This document shows, one piece after another, positions 31,997 through 42,612 of a stretch of DNA of 64,000 bases (its first letter is position 1; each line of letters starts with the position of its first letter). The translations under genes were made by a program, and so were the position numbers. Under the pieces are notes generated by a model that saw only the letters and a list, made by a program, of their open reading frames with translations, was not told where the DNA came from and searched no databases. Source of the stretch: Escherichia coli (GTDB lineage Bacteria > Pseudomonadota > Gammaproteobacteria > Enterobacterales > Enterobacteriaceae); assembly GCF_041248615.1 (NCBI RefSeq), contig NZ_CP158425.1; one strand, 5' to 3'.

Positions 31997-32425
31997 TCAA
32001 CCCTTAATGAAATTGTGCCCCCAGGTGTTAGGCTTAAATGCCTGCTCTTTGATATATGTTTTCATTACCTTGCAGGTTTTTTTCAGGGCTTTGGTATTGG
32101 CATCGGTTACTGGGATAAAATGGCGAGAATGACGGTTTTCCCGGTACTGCTTATCAGCGTTTGGGTCAATTGCTTCGCTTTGCAGGAGCCCTTCGTGCCT
32201 GCCAATTACTATTACGTAGTTCATTTCACCTGAAACACGATCCGTGAGTAATTGAAGGGAAATATCAGCTGCTCGCGTGGCCTGGCTTGCAGATATTTTT
32301 GCATGCAAGAAAGCCCCCTTTCTGAATTTGGCCGGAGTTAGCCCTGTAATATCCTCAACACTAAAATTAAGTGAGGAAAGAATTGAAAATAAGTCGCAGC
32401 TAATGACTTCAGTATTATTAGGCAT
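31997..32425 (-). CDS. hypothetical protein
   Basis: 142-aa ORF. Confidence 0.4.
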   Translation of the reverse strand: MPNNTEVISCDLFSILSSLNFSVEDITGLTPAKFRKGAFLHAKISASQATRAADISLQLLTDRVSGEMNYVIVIGRHEGLLQSEAIDPNADKQYRENRHSRHFIPVTDANTKALKKTCKVMKTYIKEQAFKPNTWGHNFIKG

Positions 32426-32519
32426 TTTACCCGTCCCCGTCCATATTCATGATACGGTAATGATACCAGGTCGATATCATTACCTAATAACTTGGTGAAA
32501 GAAAATCTGTAATTTTTAG

Positions 32520-32897
32520 TTAACTAAAATTAATAGTCTCAATACTGCTCAAGAATTCTTTTTTTACGTCCGGTGTAAAAGGTATACGTTCAATGTATTT
32601 ATAAAGTGTCGCAAATGTTTTGGGTTCAATGTTTCGGGAGATAATGTCATCAATCGGATCTTCGAACATATTGATAAAGATATCGACATGCTGCTCTCCG
32701 CTTTCTGATGCCTTTGAAAGAAGACTGACCACTTCAATGTAGCGATTATCCTGCTCTGCAATGAACAACCAGTGCCCTTCGTTAAAGGCGGGTGCAGCGC
32801 TGTAGCGTTTAACAACAATTTCTGAAAGATTATATCCTGCCTGATTCAGCAGATTATTAAAGTTGAGTTGAGTTGAAATCACGTCTAACGTTTTCAT
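32520..32897 (-). CDS. hypothetical protein
   Basis: 125-aa ORF with AAGGAGG RBS, TATAAT and the GGTTATTAGC box upstream. Confidence 0.45.
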   Translation of the reverse strand: MKTLDVISTQLNFNNLLNQAGYNLSEIVVKRYSAAPAFNEGHWLFIAEQDNRYIEVVSLLSKASESGEQHVDIFINMFEDPIDDIISRNIEPKTFATLYKYIERIPFTPDVKKEFLSSIETINFS

Positions 32898-32961
32898 AAA
32901 ACCTCCTTTTCATCTGTACTTATTATACTGTTACCCAACCCCCAGCTAATAACCTCCCAGC
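32898..32961 (-). promoter_or_regulatory. promoter with GGTTATTAGC box and TATAAT
   Basis: Minus strand reads GGAGGTTATTAGCTGG-16nt-TATAAT-RBS-ATG. Confidence 0.5.
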
Positions 32962-33304
32962 AAATTTTCAGAAAAAAAACACCGCCTTTTATTTAAGATT
33001 GAACACATCCTTTTTAAATACCAACAATGATTATGAAACCACAATGTAAGTGAAGCGCCATTATGGAAAAGTAACTTTTGTGCAGCTCATAAATTTTATT
33101 TATTAGTTACGTTCCTTTGTCTTGTGGTCGAAGTTCATCAGGCGAGGCCTAAGAAGAATATGTGTGGTTTCAGCCAATGCGGTGATCGGGCATTATAATT
33201 TGGTCGGGCTATTATACGTGGGTAAAGGTAGTGGTAGGGAGAGGATCAGGTTAAATTGCATTTTCCCGGTTGCCTTCCCTGGCCTACCGGTTTCAGGTCA
33301 GACG

Positions 33305-34486
33305 CTAAGACCAGCGGTAATACTTAAAGTAGTCCTCATTTACAGCCAAAAACTCCCTTAAACCGTTCATTAATCCCTTTTCAAACGCTGTAACGATAAA
33401 CCGGTATCCGTCCAGTGTTTCAATGTAGTAGATCCCGCCCGGTGTTATTCCAACATGCAACACCTCGGCTGTCATCATAAACTGGCCTTCCGGAAAATCA
33501 TGCGACAGGTATATAAAACCCGTCGTGGCCGGTGCGGGTGTGGCATTCACTAAGACACCGTTAAACTGCTGCCCGTGCCTCGCCGGTACAAGCTCACTTC
33601 CCCTGGTTGACTTATCGAGCAGCCCCTTAACATCTTTTTGCTCTTTAGATGAGGTATAGCCCCGCACATCACTCCCATCACCTGGGCGAGAGCCGGTGCC
33701 GACATGTGCAAGACGACGGTAAGCGCTGCGCATATTGATGTGGCAGGATGCCCCGGCTCTACCCTGAAGCCTTACGCCAAAATCTTCGCAAAGTAATAAA
33801 ATCTGACGTAGCTGGTGTTCATACACGGACGCAGAAAGTGAAAGGTTGAAACTGGAAAAGGTCAGTTCTAAAACCTTTTCCCGTTTGTCATTGAAATGTG
33901 CTTCCAGCCTGATGATTGGCTTTTCCGACATTGCAAAAGCTTTGTCCGTTGCTCTGTACCGGCATTCATCTCCGAAACATTCTTCAACAACGCTGGCTAT
34001 AACCGTGTCGTGATCGCCATCTTCCGGAGCTGGCACAAAGATTTCAAATTGTGCCGGTGTCTCCGGCTCCAGCAGAACGGGATATAAACGCGGAGAATTA
34101 AGCAATGCGCATTCAGAATTAATGAGCTTAACCCAGGCGCTTTTGTCGTCCGGATCCTTAAGCTGCTGTCCAAGGTTATCGCAAAAGTCTACTATCTGAC
34201 GGGTATGCTCATCCGTGACTGCACAGATCAGGTTAAGACCATGCGTGGCCATACTCAATTCCCGGGTTCGGGACTGGGAATTGATCGACCAGGGGTTAAG
34301 TGAAAGCGAAATAGGGCTTATGGAAGGGACGACCGTCTCATTCTGCAAATCTGTAAGCTGGCAGTTCGCAGTAGGCTTCGGGGAAAGGGTACTAAATATG
34401 TAACTTGCCTGTTGTTTAGTACTGGCCTGGATATAAAACATCGCGTCCATGCTTGTATCCCGGGATGAAATTGAAAATAGCTTCAT
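33305..34486 (-). CDS. hypothetical protein immediately downstream of the HigB-like gene
   Basis: 393-aa ORF starting 9 nt after the toxin stop; no helix-turn-helix recognisable. Confidence 0.5.
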   Translation of the reverse strand: MKLFSISSRDTSMDAMFYIQASTKQQASYIFSTLSPKPTANCQLTDLQNETVVPSISPISLSLNPWSINSQSRTRELSMATHGLNLICAVTDEHTRQIVDFCDNLGQQLKDPDDKSAWVKLINSECALLNSPRLYPVLLEPETPAQFEIFVPAPEDGDHDTVIASVVEECFGDECRYRATDKAFAMSEKPIIRLEAHFNDKREKVLELTFSSFNLSLSASVYEHQLRQILLLCEDFGVRLQGRAGASCHINMRSAYRRLAHVGTGSRPGDGSDVRGYTSSKEQKDVKGLLDKSTRGSELVPARHGQQFNGVLVNATPAPATTGFIYLSHDFPEGQFMMTAEVLHVGITPGGIYYIETLDGYRFIVTAFEKGLMNGLREFLAVNEDYFKYYRWS

Positions 34487-34494
34487 TTTTAACC

Positions 34495-34791
34495 TTAATG
34501 GATGAGCGATTTATAGTCATGTGCTGACAAATGGACATTATGTGCGCCATCATTCCATTCAAAGAATAATCGATACTTAGAGTTTACTCGAATGGAGGAA
34601 TAACGGTTTGACGTCATTCTTAAGCGTTCATAACGCAAGCTGTTGGATAATAACTCCCGCTCACTCTGGACATTATCCAGCGTTTCGAGTCGACACAGAA
34701 TCGCGTTAATAATTTCAGAAGGAATACCTGCCGTTGTTTTTCCATTACGGAAGAACTTTTCAAGCCGTCTGTCTTTAAATGAATGGATCAT
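34495..34791 (-). CDS. higB: HigB-like (RelE-fold) toxin
   Basis: MIHSFKDRRLEKFF ... SSIRVNSKYRLFFEWNDGAHNVHLSAHDY matches the HigB killer-protein pattern. Confidence 0.65.
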   Translation of the reverse strand: MIHSFKDRRLEKFFRNGKTTAGIPSEIINAILCRLETLDNVQSERELLSNSLRYERLRMTSNRYSSIRVNSKYRLFFEWNDGAHNVHLSAHDYKSLIH

Positions 34792-34840
34792 AGTTCCTCC
34801 GTAATAATTGACCTTAAAATTAAATTAAAAGGGCTTTGAA

Positions 34841-35311
34841 TTAATGAATCCCTAAAATGCGGGCGGCGACTGCCAGCTGCTTATCACTTAACTGACGCTG
34901 GTGGGTTAAAGAAGACTTAAGGCTTTCCAGAAAATTATTACTGCTGGATTGCTGGGTGATTGCATCAACCATTTTTTGATGAGATCTGCACCATGCATTG
35001 AACGCAGAGTTGTGGGCGTTTTCAGTCCTCAAACGCTCGTTTTGCAAGGATGCTGACACTTTGCGGGCAGCTTGAGCATTAATGCGGTACAGCGCATTCA
35101 GCGTGTAAGAAGTGCGGGTCGTTTCGAGGCTGTAACCCGTGGCTTTACAAGCCATACAGCGACTTCTATAAAAATGCTTACGCTCTCCCCGACCATTGCA
35201 TTTATCGCAAAGAATACGAAAAGTATATTCCGCAGTACCTTTTACAGAATCAACACAGCGGATTTTTGCGCTGGAGATTTCAATTCCACTGCGATCATAA
35301 TATTTGGTCAT
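34841..35311 (-). CDS. zinc-ribbon protein with two CxxCxGxG motifs
   Basis: CDKCNGRG and CMACKATG; GGTTATTAGC promoter box upstream. Confidence 0.5.
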   Translation of the reverse strand: MTKYYDRSGIEISSAKIRCVDSVKGTAEYTFRILCDKCNGRGERKHFYRSRCMACKATGYSLETTRTSYTLNALYRINAQAARKVSASLQNERLRTENAHNSAFNAWCRSHQKMVDAITQQSSSNNFLESLKSSLTHQRQLSDKQLAVAARILGIH

Positions 35312-35745
35312 AATGTGATTCCTCCGGTTAGTTCTGGAGTAATCATGACAGAATGAATCTACTGGCTAATAACCTGAGAGTAAATATTTTAAAAAAACAT
35401 TGAGAGAGGGTCTGCAAATTTATACACGAAGGATTCAAATATAATTTTGTTTAAAAAATTAAGAGCATTCTGAAGTAAAAGTGCATCAAAAAGCATTCAT
35501 GGATAAATCATGTACTGGTGCCAGCCATTTAAACGCGGGCATTGTTCCGGAGTGATTAAACGGTTTAGCATCATAGATTAAAACCAAAAGGAAGGCGTCC
35601 TTCCCGTCTCGGGAATATTACTTTCCCGTTTGCAATTTAAGAGCCACTTAATGAGAAAGTAATAATTAAGTCATGCTCAACTCTACATATTACATTGAGG
35701 ATGGCGTAACAGGGTACGGCATACTACCGCACCCTTCTGAAGAGC

Positions 35746-38163
35746 TTATGTTTGAGGGAATTCTATAGCAAATGTGGCCGTGCCAGATTGACCACTTACA
35801 GCGGGAGTAACGGGATACGTGCGCTCTTCACCATTACCAAGATCCAGTGACAGCGATTTAGTTTCACCAGGCTGGACCGTAACTCCGGCAACCGTAACGC
35901 CGAACTGGGCATTTTTCTGAACAGTCAGGGTTCCGTTTAACTGTCCGGTAATGATAGAACCGTCCTGACGCCGCAACACACTGGTTCGGATGATGGCCAG
36001 CGGCGTGTTGTCCGTTGCTTTCAGTGCTACGGCTGTGGCCAGCGTCTTGAGATTATCCAGCATAATCAGATTCGCAGGCTGGTAGGTAAAATTAAGCGTT
36101 TTAGTGGTCCGGTTACCTGATTCGTCAATAGCCAGTGCCTCCAGATGATACATCTGTCCCGATTCGTCAGTGTTGGGGAAGATTCTGGGGTATTCCGGAA
36201 TAAAGACATCCTTGGATAACGGCGTGAATGCCAGGGTGACCTTTTCAGAGTTAGGTCCACCAGCGAGCTGAAGCGATGTCAGGGAAGCATCCCCAGAGGC
36301 ATCAGTAACGCTTATGCGAAGGTTCTCAAGCCCTTTAACCAGTTTTCCTTCTGCGTCTGCGCCATTAAAACTGAACGCGATAACCGGAAGCGTTGAGTCA
36401 ATTTTCAGCGGTGCATTAAGCGTTTTGGTTCCGGTGTTTCCAACAAGATCCGTGGCAGAGACGCTAACCACCGTATAATCCCCGTCCGGTAGACCAGCGT
36501 ATGAGAAGGTGGCGTTTTTGGTTTTATAATCGCTTTCACTGACGGTCACAGGCTTCAGCGTGAAAGGTTCCCCCCGGGCATTTTTAAGGGTGGCTTCGAA
36601 AACTTTGGTATCCCAGTAGCTGATGTTCCAGGCGTTGACGCGATCATTATCGGTGGCCGTCATAGTGATTGTCTTGGAGGCCTTGTTTACCTGAGCGACA
36701 TTAACCACCGGTGGGTTGTTATCCCAGATAACCGTAAAATTACCAGCAAGCGCATCGAATATGCTGTCACCATCTTTTCCCGAGTAAAGGTGCAGATACT
36801 CAAATCCTTTGTCACTGGTGTAGTTGAAGTTAACCGTCATCTCGCATGAACTTTGTCCGATAGGTATAGTGCAGAACCAGGCTGCATTTTTTACCGTTCT
36901 GAACTTTTGCACGTATGGTCGGGGTTCAGCGGTTACCTTTATGCGGCTAATGGTGGCGGTTTTAACGCTGATTGAGGCCTGAGTTAACCACTCACTGGTA
37001 TCACTCCGGTACATCTCTTTAGCCACTATCTTCGGGGCTATTTCCATCGCCGGGGCTGGAGTGAAGTTGAGGGAGTTATGATGAATTCGTCTTACTCCTC
37101 CTGCCAGAGTCTGGAATTCATGATAAGTATCCCCCACATTGGGATATATGTATTTGAAAGTATAAATATTATAAGTGCTATCGGACGTCTGGAAATTCGA
37201 GTCCGCCCAGCCATATTTGGAACCGTTAACAGCAGTAAAGTCACTTTTTTTCCTTAATACCCGTACGGAAATAGGGTTCTGGAAGACGGTCATGCCAGAC
37301 TGATAAGTGACCCATGATCCGGTAGTGGCGTCCTGCACCTGGATGATATCGTCAGGCTTAACCCGATCAATTACGCTTCGGCGGCTTAGTTCGATCCTGT
37401 TTCCCGCTTTGTCATAAAGGTAGATCCCCACTTTATATTCAGAGCGGTTTTCCGGTGCCAGGGCATTGCTGCTTGCGTCGGCGACTTGAACGGTTACGCT
37501 ACCTTCCACTGTATTAATTTCCGCTGGCTTTTTACGCTCCACTCCAGCGGCATCGGTTATGAAATATTCAGCATTAGCAAGCCCGGAACCTTTATCACTC
37601 AGTCCATTAAAGACCAGTGCCTGGACGCTGGCGTACTGCATACCGGCTGGTACTGAAGTGAAGATCGCTTCGCTGCCAAAGTTCCACCCGTTTCTCGTAT
37701 AACTTATGGTACCCGTTGCCGGAGGCGTTCGGTCAATTGCAAGCGGGTAATCCTGCCGGGAGACCTCCTTCCCTTGCAAGTCGGTAATCACCTCTCTGAG
37801 GGTGAAGCTATCTTCTCCCATCGCTGGTACGGTCAGAGTCTTGCCGTAATAATCAAAGCCTGTCGAAGATGTGGTACGGTCATCTACGGTAACCAGGCTG
37901 CTTTTCGTGCTCCAGATGAGGCTCCCGTCACTTTTCAGCAGACTGAGCGTAATATAACGGTCCAGACCGGAAATAACGGCAACGTCAAAGCTCGTTACCG
38001 GATTAATCCATACGGATGCAGGCGATACGGTCTTTTTAACGTTCAGGGTATCTTTAAAGCTGAATTCTGCGATTTCAGCGGAAGCTCCTGCGCTGAAACC
38101 TGCAAATGCAATAAGCAGGGCTAGTTTGATTTTCATGGGTTGTCTCCTGATCAGGTTCCCCAT
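35746..38163 (-). CDS. large secreted protein, paralog A of an about 800-aa family
   Basis: Sec signal peptide ending ASA; conserved LISGLDRY and C-terminal LTVQKNAQFG blocks shared with two other ORFs. Confidence 0.6.
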   Translation of the reverse strand: MGNLIRRQPMKIKLALLIAFAGFSAGASAEIAEFSFKDTLNVKKTVSPASVWINPVTSFDVAVISGLDRYITLSLLKSDGSLIWSTKSSLVTVDDRTTSSTGFDYYGKTLTVPAMGEDSFTLREVITDLQGKEVSRQDYPLAIDRTPPATGTISYTRNGWNFGSEAIFTSVPAGMQYASVQALVFNGLSDKGSGLANAEYFITDAAGVERKKPAEINTVEGSVTVQVADASSNALAPENRSEYKVGIYLYDKAGNRIELSRRSVIDRVKPDDIIQVQDATTGSWVTYQSGMTVFQNPISVRVLRKKSDFTAVNGSKYGWADSNFQTSDSTYNIYTFKYIYPNVGDTYHEFQTLAGGVRRIHHNSLNFTPAPAMEIAPKIVAKEMYRSDTSEWLTQASISVKTATISRIKVTAEPRPYVQKFRTVKNAAWFCTIPIGQSSCEMTVNFNYTSDKGFEYLHLYSGKDGDSIFDALAGNFTVIWDNNPPVVNVAQVNKASKTITMTATDNDRVNAWNISYWDTKVFEATLKNARGEPFTLKPVTVSESDYKTKNATFSYAGLPDGDYTVVSVSATDLVGNTGTKTLNAPLKIDSTLPVIAFSFNGADAEGKLVKGLENLRISVTDASGDASLTSLQLAGGPNSEKVTLAFTPLSKDVFIPEYPRIFPNTDESGQMYHLEALAIDESGNRTTKTLNFTYQPANLIMLDNLKTLATAVALKATDNTPLAIIRTSVLRRQDGSIITGQLNGTLTVQKNAQFGVTVAGVTVQPGETKSLSLDLGNGEERTYPVTPAVSGQSGTATFAIEFPQT

Positions 38164-38270
38164 GATACTTTTTCAGTGTTCGAGATCTTTTCGGGAAAAT
38201 AGCTAATTTTAATGTTTTTCTTTTCTGCCCGGCGGGACTTGTTTTGTTTACGTAAATGCAAAAATACAAG

Positions 38271-38285
38271 AAAAGTTACTTTTTG
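38271..38285. promoter_or_regulatory. palindromic motif AAAAGTTACTTTTTG (candidate operator)
   Basis: About 110 bp upstream of the secreted-protein gene start; followed by GATAGG as in the copy at 53061. Confidence 0.5.
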
Positions 38286-38539
38286 ATAGGGTTAAAATTA
38301 GGTTTTCCCAATTTCCAGAAGCAAGCGAAAGCAGAACTAGCTTAATAGCCATTAAAAACGCCATGCCTATTGATAAATAAAGCTCATTACATTTAATGAT
38401 TAGAGCATTTAAAACTGAATTAGCGAAAGAATTTCGGTTAGCTTTTTATTGCATGAGTGAAACAGTATTAATAATCCGGAGCCATCAGAACGTACTCTAA
38501 AGACTCCGGTATACAGATATCTTGCCAGTAAAAATGGCC

Positions 38540-38791
38540 TTACTCCTCATCATCCCCCAGCGCTTTTTTGATGGCGCGGCGGCGGGCTGCATCACCTACA
38601 CGATATCCGACTGAATATACGTCATTCAACCGGCGCAGAATAAGATTTATTTCCTCATCCTGAATGTAGGCAGGTAAACACAGAACTACGTCGCCATCTT
38701 CATCATAGACTCGAACAACTTCCTTCTGCCCATCTCGCTCGCGAATAATCTGGACATGCTGAACCCTGGTGTAATCTGGGATTACGCTCAT
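38540..38791 (-). CDS. hypothetical protein
   Basis: 83-aa ORF. Confidence 0.4.
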   Translation of the reverse strand: MSVIPDYTRVQHVQIIRERDGQKEVVRVYDEDGDVVLCLPAYIQDEEINLILRRLNDVYSVGYRVGDAARRRAIKKALGDDEE

Positions 38792-38998
38792 TTTAAATAT
38801 CTCTCTTTAATTGTTGTTACCAGTTAGCTATAAGCCGGTTTATTCAGGTACTCAGTGTTCTGCACAGCAATCGCCTGTTCGTGGATCATTAACACTGCTG
38901 GGCGGGCTTTAAGGCGCTTGCTGGTGAGAAAACGCTTCACTTCTTTAAGTTCGCTGCCAGCCGACAGCATATTGAAGACATGCTGTTTGAGACTGTTG

Positions 38999-39256
38999 TT
39001 ATTTTTGGCCACTTGTTTCTCCATCATCTTTGTACATGGTTGTGTCGGGCTGGCCTGCCAGATCACACACGTTATCCATATGCTTTTGGACCCAGTCTGT
39101 TAGACCCAGGCCTTCGGCCTTTGCCTGATTGACGTAACGCAGTTTCCGATCAGGGGTAACCCGCATCTGTAGTTGTGCCGTCGCTGGAACCGCCTCTTTC
39201 AGGGCGTTAAGGCCCCTCTGATCACGGGCCTGATTTGATGGTTTACCGTTTGGCAT
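38999..39256 (-). CDS. putative ribbon-helix-helix DNA-binding protein
   Basis: LQMRVTPDRKLRYVNQAKAEGLGLTDWV; paralog of 13145..13501. Confidence 0.4.
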   Translation of the reverse strand: MPNGKPSNQARDQRGLNALKEAVPATAQLQMRVTPDRKLRYVNQAKAEGLGLTDWVQKHMDNVCDLAGQPDTTMYKDDGETSGQK

Positions 39257-39680
39257 CTGAGGTATCGCTCTCCCGGCGAGCGGTGGACGACTCTAATTCT
39301 TTTGCGATTGCTTTATCTACGGCATCCAGCTGCATAGCAAACTTGATTTCAAGCGAACAGCGTAATGCCTTCAGGGCGCGTTCTTTGGTGCTGTATTGTG
39401 GTATGCCGTTCTGGCTACCATTCATGCCTCGCATGCGGCGGGAGGTTGCATCGACAACCTCTCCCTCTTCCCGTGTGCCGTGAACCGTAGTTCCGCTCCA
39501 TGTCGGATAAACAGTGCCAGTGGCGGTGTTGAAGCTCCAGCCGTTTTGGTATTCCCCCGAGACCTCTGGTACGGGCATATCGCGTTCAACGCTATAGTCA
39601 GACCAGCGTAAAGCGCGGTTTATTCTGGCCTGTGCCACCAGCTCATCATAGGCGGCTTGTTCTTTTTTATTCATCGCCAT
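39243..39680 (-). CDS. hypothetical protein
   Basis: 145-aa ORF. Confidence 0.4.
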   Translation of the reverse strand: MAMNKKEQAAYDELVAQARINRALRWSDYSVERDMPVPEVSGEYQNGWSFNTATGTVYPTWSGTTVHGTREEGEVVDATSRRMRGMNGSQNGIPQYSTKERALKALRCSLEIKFAMQLDAVDKAIAKELESSTARRESDTSDAKR

Positions 39681-39783
39681 TTAGGGCAATCTCCTTAAAG
39701 GGGAATTAGGTGTTATATCGGTACGTAAGTGCTTTTCAGGCCTAATCTCTGACAAGGCCTGATGTGCCAGACTGCCGTTGCAT

Positions 39784-40308
39784 TCACCGTTTTATGGCGG
39801 TTGACTGAGCCTCATTAAGAGCCGCAATTAGTTCAGGCGAAGTCGGCTCCAGATTTTTGGAAGCGTTCAGCAGCTCCTTAAGTGAAGAGATTTCCTTTGG
39901 CTCTACCTGGTTTGCTTCAGGAGCCGTTTTTTGAACTTCATCCAGAGTACGCTGTGCACCGTTATCCAGCACCAGCACACCCCCAGCACGAATTTCTGAA
40001 ATGGTGCGCACCGTATACATCATTTTATCCCAGACACGGCTACCAACCTCGATCCCGGAATCAGCTACTTTTTTTTCATTATGCTTTTGAAAAATTTCTT
40101 CTAACCATGTGGTGAAGCGCTTTCCAAAAGTATTGGCGGCTAAAGAAGTGCAGGAATAAACCTGTTCGACCTGTTTTGTTCCATTTTTATCAGTGAATGT
40201 AATGAGACCGATTCGTCCACTGTTAACAGTGTAAAAGCGAGGTTGAAAGCCAGCTTTGAGAAGGTTTTCAATAGCTGAAAAAAAATCTTTTTTGAGCATC
40301 GGTTTCAA
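39784..40308 (-). CDS. hypothetical protein
   Basis: 174-aa ORF. Confidence 0.45.
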   Translation of the reverse strand: MKPMLKKDFFSAIENLLKAGFQPRFYTVNSGRIGLITFTDKNGTKQVEQVYSCTSLAANTFGKRFTTWLEEIFQKHNEKKVADSGIEVGSRVWDKMMYTVRTISEIRAGGVLVLDNGAQRTLDEVQKTAPEANQVEPKEISSLKELLNASKNLEPTSPELIAALNEAQSTAIKR

Positions 40309-40628
40309 GATGGTTTTCCTTTTATGCCCGGTGCCGCCGGGACGGTGGCATTAAATATACGCCATGTAAGTAAATTAATTTTTACCCATTTGATTGTCAA
40401 TACAAACAAAAAATAAACCATGTTTATTATTTTACCAGCGATGCTATTTTAAAGTCCGTCTAAAATAAAAAACCAAAAAGTTAAATTTGAAGCCATCCTT
40501 CCTAAATTCATTTCTTGCGCATATTAGCCCCTGCTTTAAGTATATAATTTTTGAAAAAGTTGTCTGGAGGTTATTAGCTCGTGCATCTGGATTGTTAATA
40601 TAAAGCCAACACAGAAAAGGAAAACAAA

Positions 40629-41393
40629 ATGTATAAATTAGTATCTCCTCGTGAACTGACTGAGATTATTACCGGTTTACTGCTTAAACCTGAACTCCTT
40701 GGTGAGCTGGACTCACCAGAAAAGCATCGGATGTTTATGGCAGATTTAGGCCGGGTGGTGGCAGAACATTGTGGAGGTCTGGTAAACAGCGTCGTCTTGC
40801 CAGGAGCTGAAGTTACAGTGCCGGATGGGTTACCGCTTAACGGCCAGCCAGTACGTTATCTCGGAATCAAAGAGAGCATCCCTCACCTCCTTGTAGAGCC
40901 TGATGCTTCCTTACCTTCGCTCGCTAAAAACGTCTGGATGTATGCAGATCCTGAAGGCTGGAAAGAACATTTTGGAGCTGAGGAAGACTGCCTTACTCAT
41001 GAAATGATGCAGCTGTTCCGTAAAGGTATCCAGGCTCTTCAGAAGGAGCATGATACCCCTGAAATTAGCCTCACACTTCAGGACTGGCGCCTGGAGGAGG
41101 AAACACTGAGAGAAGAGGACAGTCAGGCCTATCAGGTCAGCGTTACCGGCCAACATAACATCCACTGTGAAGTTGTTAACAAGGAAGGTAACCCCTGTTT
41201 TGGTGTCATGTTCGAAATCGATCAGGGTGTGCCTGCCTTACACATCAACACCGGCGGGGATATGTTGCTCCACATTCATTGCGCCCATAACGGACTCGTT
41301 CTGACCCCTGATGCAAGCGGTCAGCGATTTGAGAAGGCTCCCGTTGACCGCTTCGCTTATAACAGCCCATCCCTGCTGTTGTCTGCCGACTAA
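40629..41393 (+). CDS. hypothetical protein
   Basis: 254-aa ORF, first gene of a plus-strand operon. Confidence 0.45.
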   Translation: MYKLVSPRELTEIITGLLLKPELLGELDSPEKHRMFMADLGRVVAEHCGGLVNSVVLPGAEVTVPDGLPLNGQPVRYLGIKESIPHLLVEPDASLPSLAKNVWMYADPEGWKEHFGAEEDCLTHEMMQLFRKGIQALQKEHDTPEISLTLQDWRLEEETLREEDSQAYQVSVTGQHNIHCEVVNKEGNPCFGVMFEIDQGVPALHINTGGDMLLHIHCAHNGLVLTPDASGQRFEKAPVDRFAYNSPSLLLSAD

Positions 41394-41410
41394 CCAAGGC
41401 CAAATCTGAA

Positions 41411-42235
41411 TTGTCCTGTTTAAGTAACCAACCCGCTGCCGCCAGGCGGGTAAATCCTCTTAATGGAGTTTTAATGCAAATCTCAACTGAAGTTCTGAAC
41501 GTCTTATCTCGCTGCCGTGCTGAAGGGAACTTTCTTTTCCTGGCCGACCAGCTCGACCGCAGCATTTATGTTAAGACAAACAAAGTGCTGGAAGCTGCCG
41601 GTGGCAAATGGAACCGAAAAGAGCAGGCACATATTTTTACGGCGGATGCAGCTGAGCGTATCGAGCAAATCATTCTGACAGGTTCGGTCGACATCCCACG
41701 TGATTTGTTCAATTTCTTCCCTACCCCTGAGAATTTAGTCACAGATATGGTTCTACGCGCTGAACCAGCTGCCGGGGAACGTGTTCTGGAGCCTGAGTTT
41801 GGTGATGGCCGCATTCTGAAAGCCTTAAAACTGGCGGCTCCGGATGCATTGATTACCGGGATCGAATTGAACGATGAGCGATTCCTTGCAGTGAAGAACG
41901 ATAGTGTCCTTAGCACAGGGGCCGAGCTGGTGCATACCGACTTTCTTGGGTACCAGCCCGATGAAACTTTTGATGTTATCGTTATGAATCCACCATTCCT
42001 TAAACGCTCTGACGTTAAACATGTCATGCATGCCATCGCAATGCTCGCTAAGCGAGGTCGCTTACAGGCCATTCTGTCAGCTGGGGTATTGTTCCGGGAA
42101 GACACACTGACAAAAGCGCTCAGGGAGCGAGTCAAACAACTTGGCGGACAAATTTCGCCTCTTCCGGATGATACATTTAGGGAGTCCGGAACAAAGGTCA
42201 AAACAGCCCGCCTTGAAATTGATCTTCGCCGCTAA
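41411..42235 (+). CDS. N6-adenine-type DNA methyltransferase (NPPF motif)
   Basis: LEPEFGDGRIL (motif I), ITGIEL, VIVMNPPF (motif IV); paralogous to the domain in 54842..55840. Confidence 0.55.
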   Translation: MSCLSNQPAAARRVNPLNGVLMQISTEVLNVLSRCRAEGNFLFLADQLDRSIYVKTNKVLEAAGGKWNRKEQAHIFTADAAERIEQIILTGSVDIPRDLFNFFPTPENLVTDMVLRAEPAAGERVLEPEFGDGRILKALKLAAPDALITGIELNDERFLAVKNDSVLSTGAELVHTDFLGYQPDETFDVIVMNPPFLKRSDVKHVMHAIAMLAKRGRLQAILSAGVLFREDTLTKALRERVKQLGGQISPLPDDTFRESGTKVKTARLEIDLRR

Positions 42236-42328
42236 CTGACAAGCAACCGGAAAGAAATCTTAATACGAGTAGCCGGTTAAAGTTACCTGACCGGCTTAAC
42301 TGACTAAATCAATAAAGAGTGAACAGAA

Positions 42329-42592
42329 ATGACGCATACTGCCGTTTCTCAGGCTAATAGTGCTTTGCAGCTACCCACGCTGGAGCATGTCTACGCACTT
42401 CTGAAAGCAAATTGTAAACCTGACCGCTTTGACGGGCGTGACGGACCCGTGTGGGGCCAGGAATACTCGTGGAATCTGGCAAAAGATCGCTTACAGGATC
42501 TGGAGAAATACGGTAAGGCATATGTCTCCCGTCATGAAGACCGTATGGGGGAAGGATTTAGTTTTGGTCCTGACCTGTTAATTATTCGCTAA
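42329..42592 (+). CDS. hypothetical protein
   Basis: 87-aa ORF. Confidence 0.4.
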   Translation: MTHTAVSQANSALQLPTLEHVYALLKANCKPDRFDGRDGPVWGQEYSWNLAKDRLQDLEKYGKAYVSRHEDRMGEGFSFGPDLLIIR

Positions 42593-42612
42593 CGCTCTTA
42601 AGGCCTGATGAT

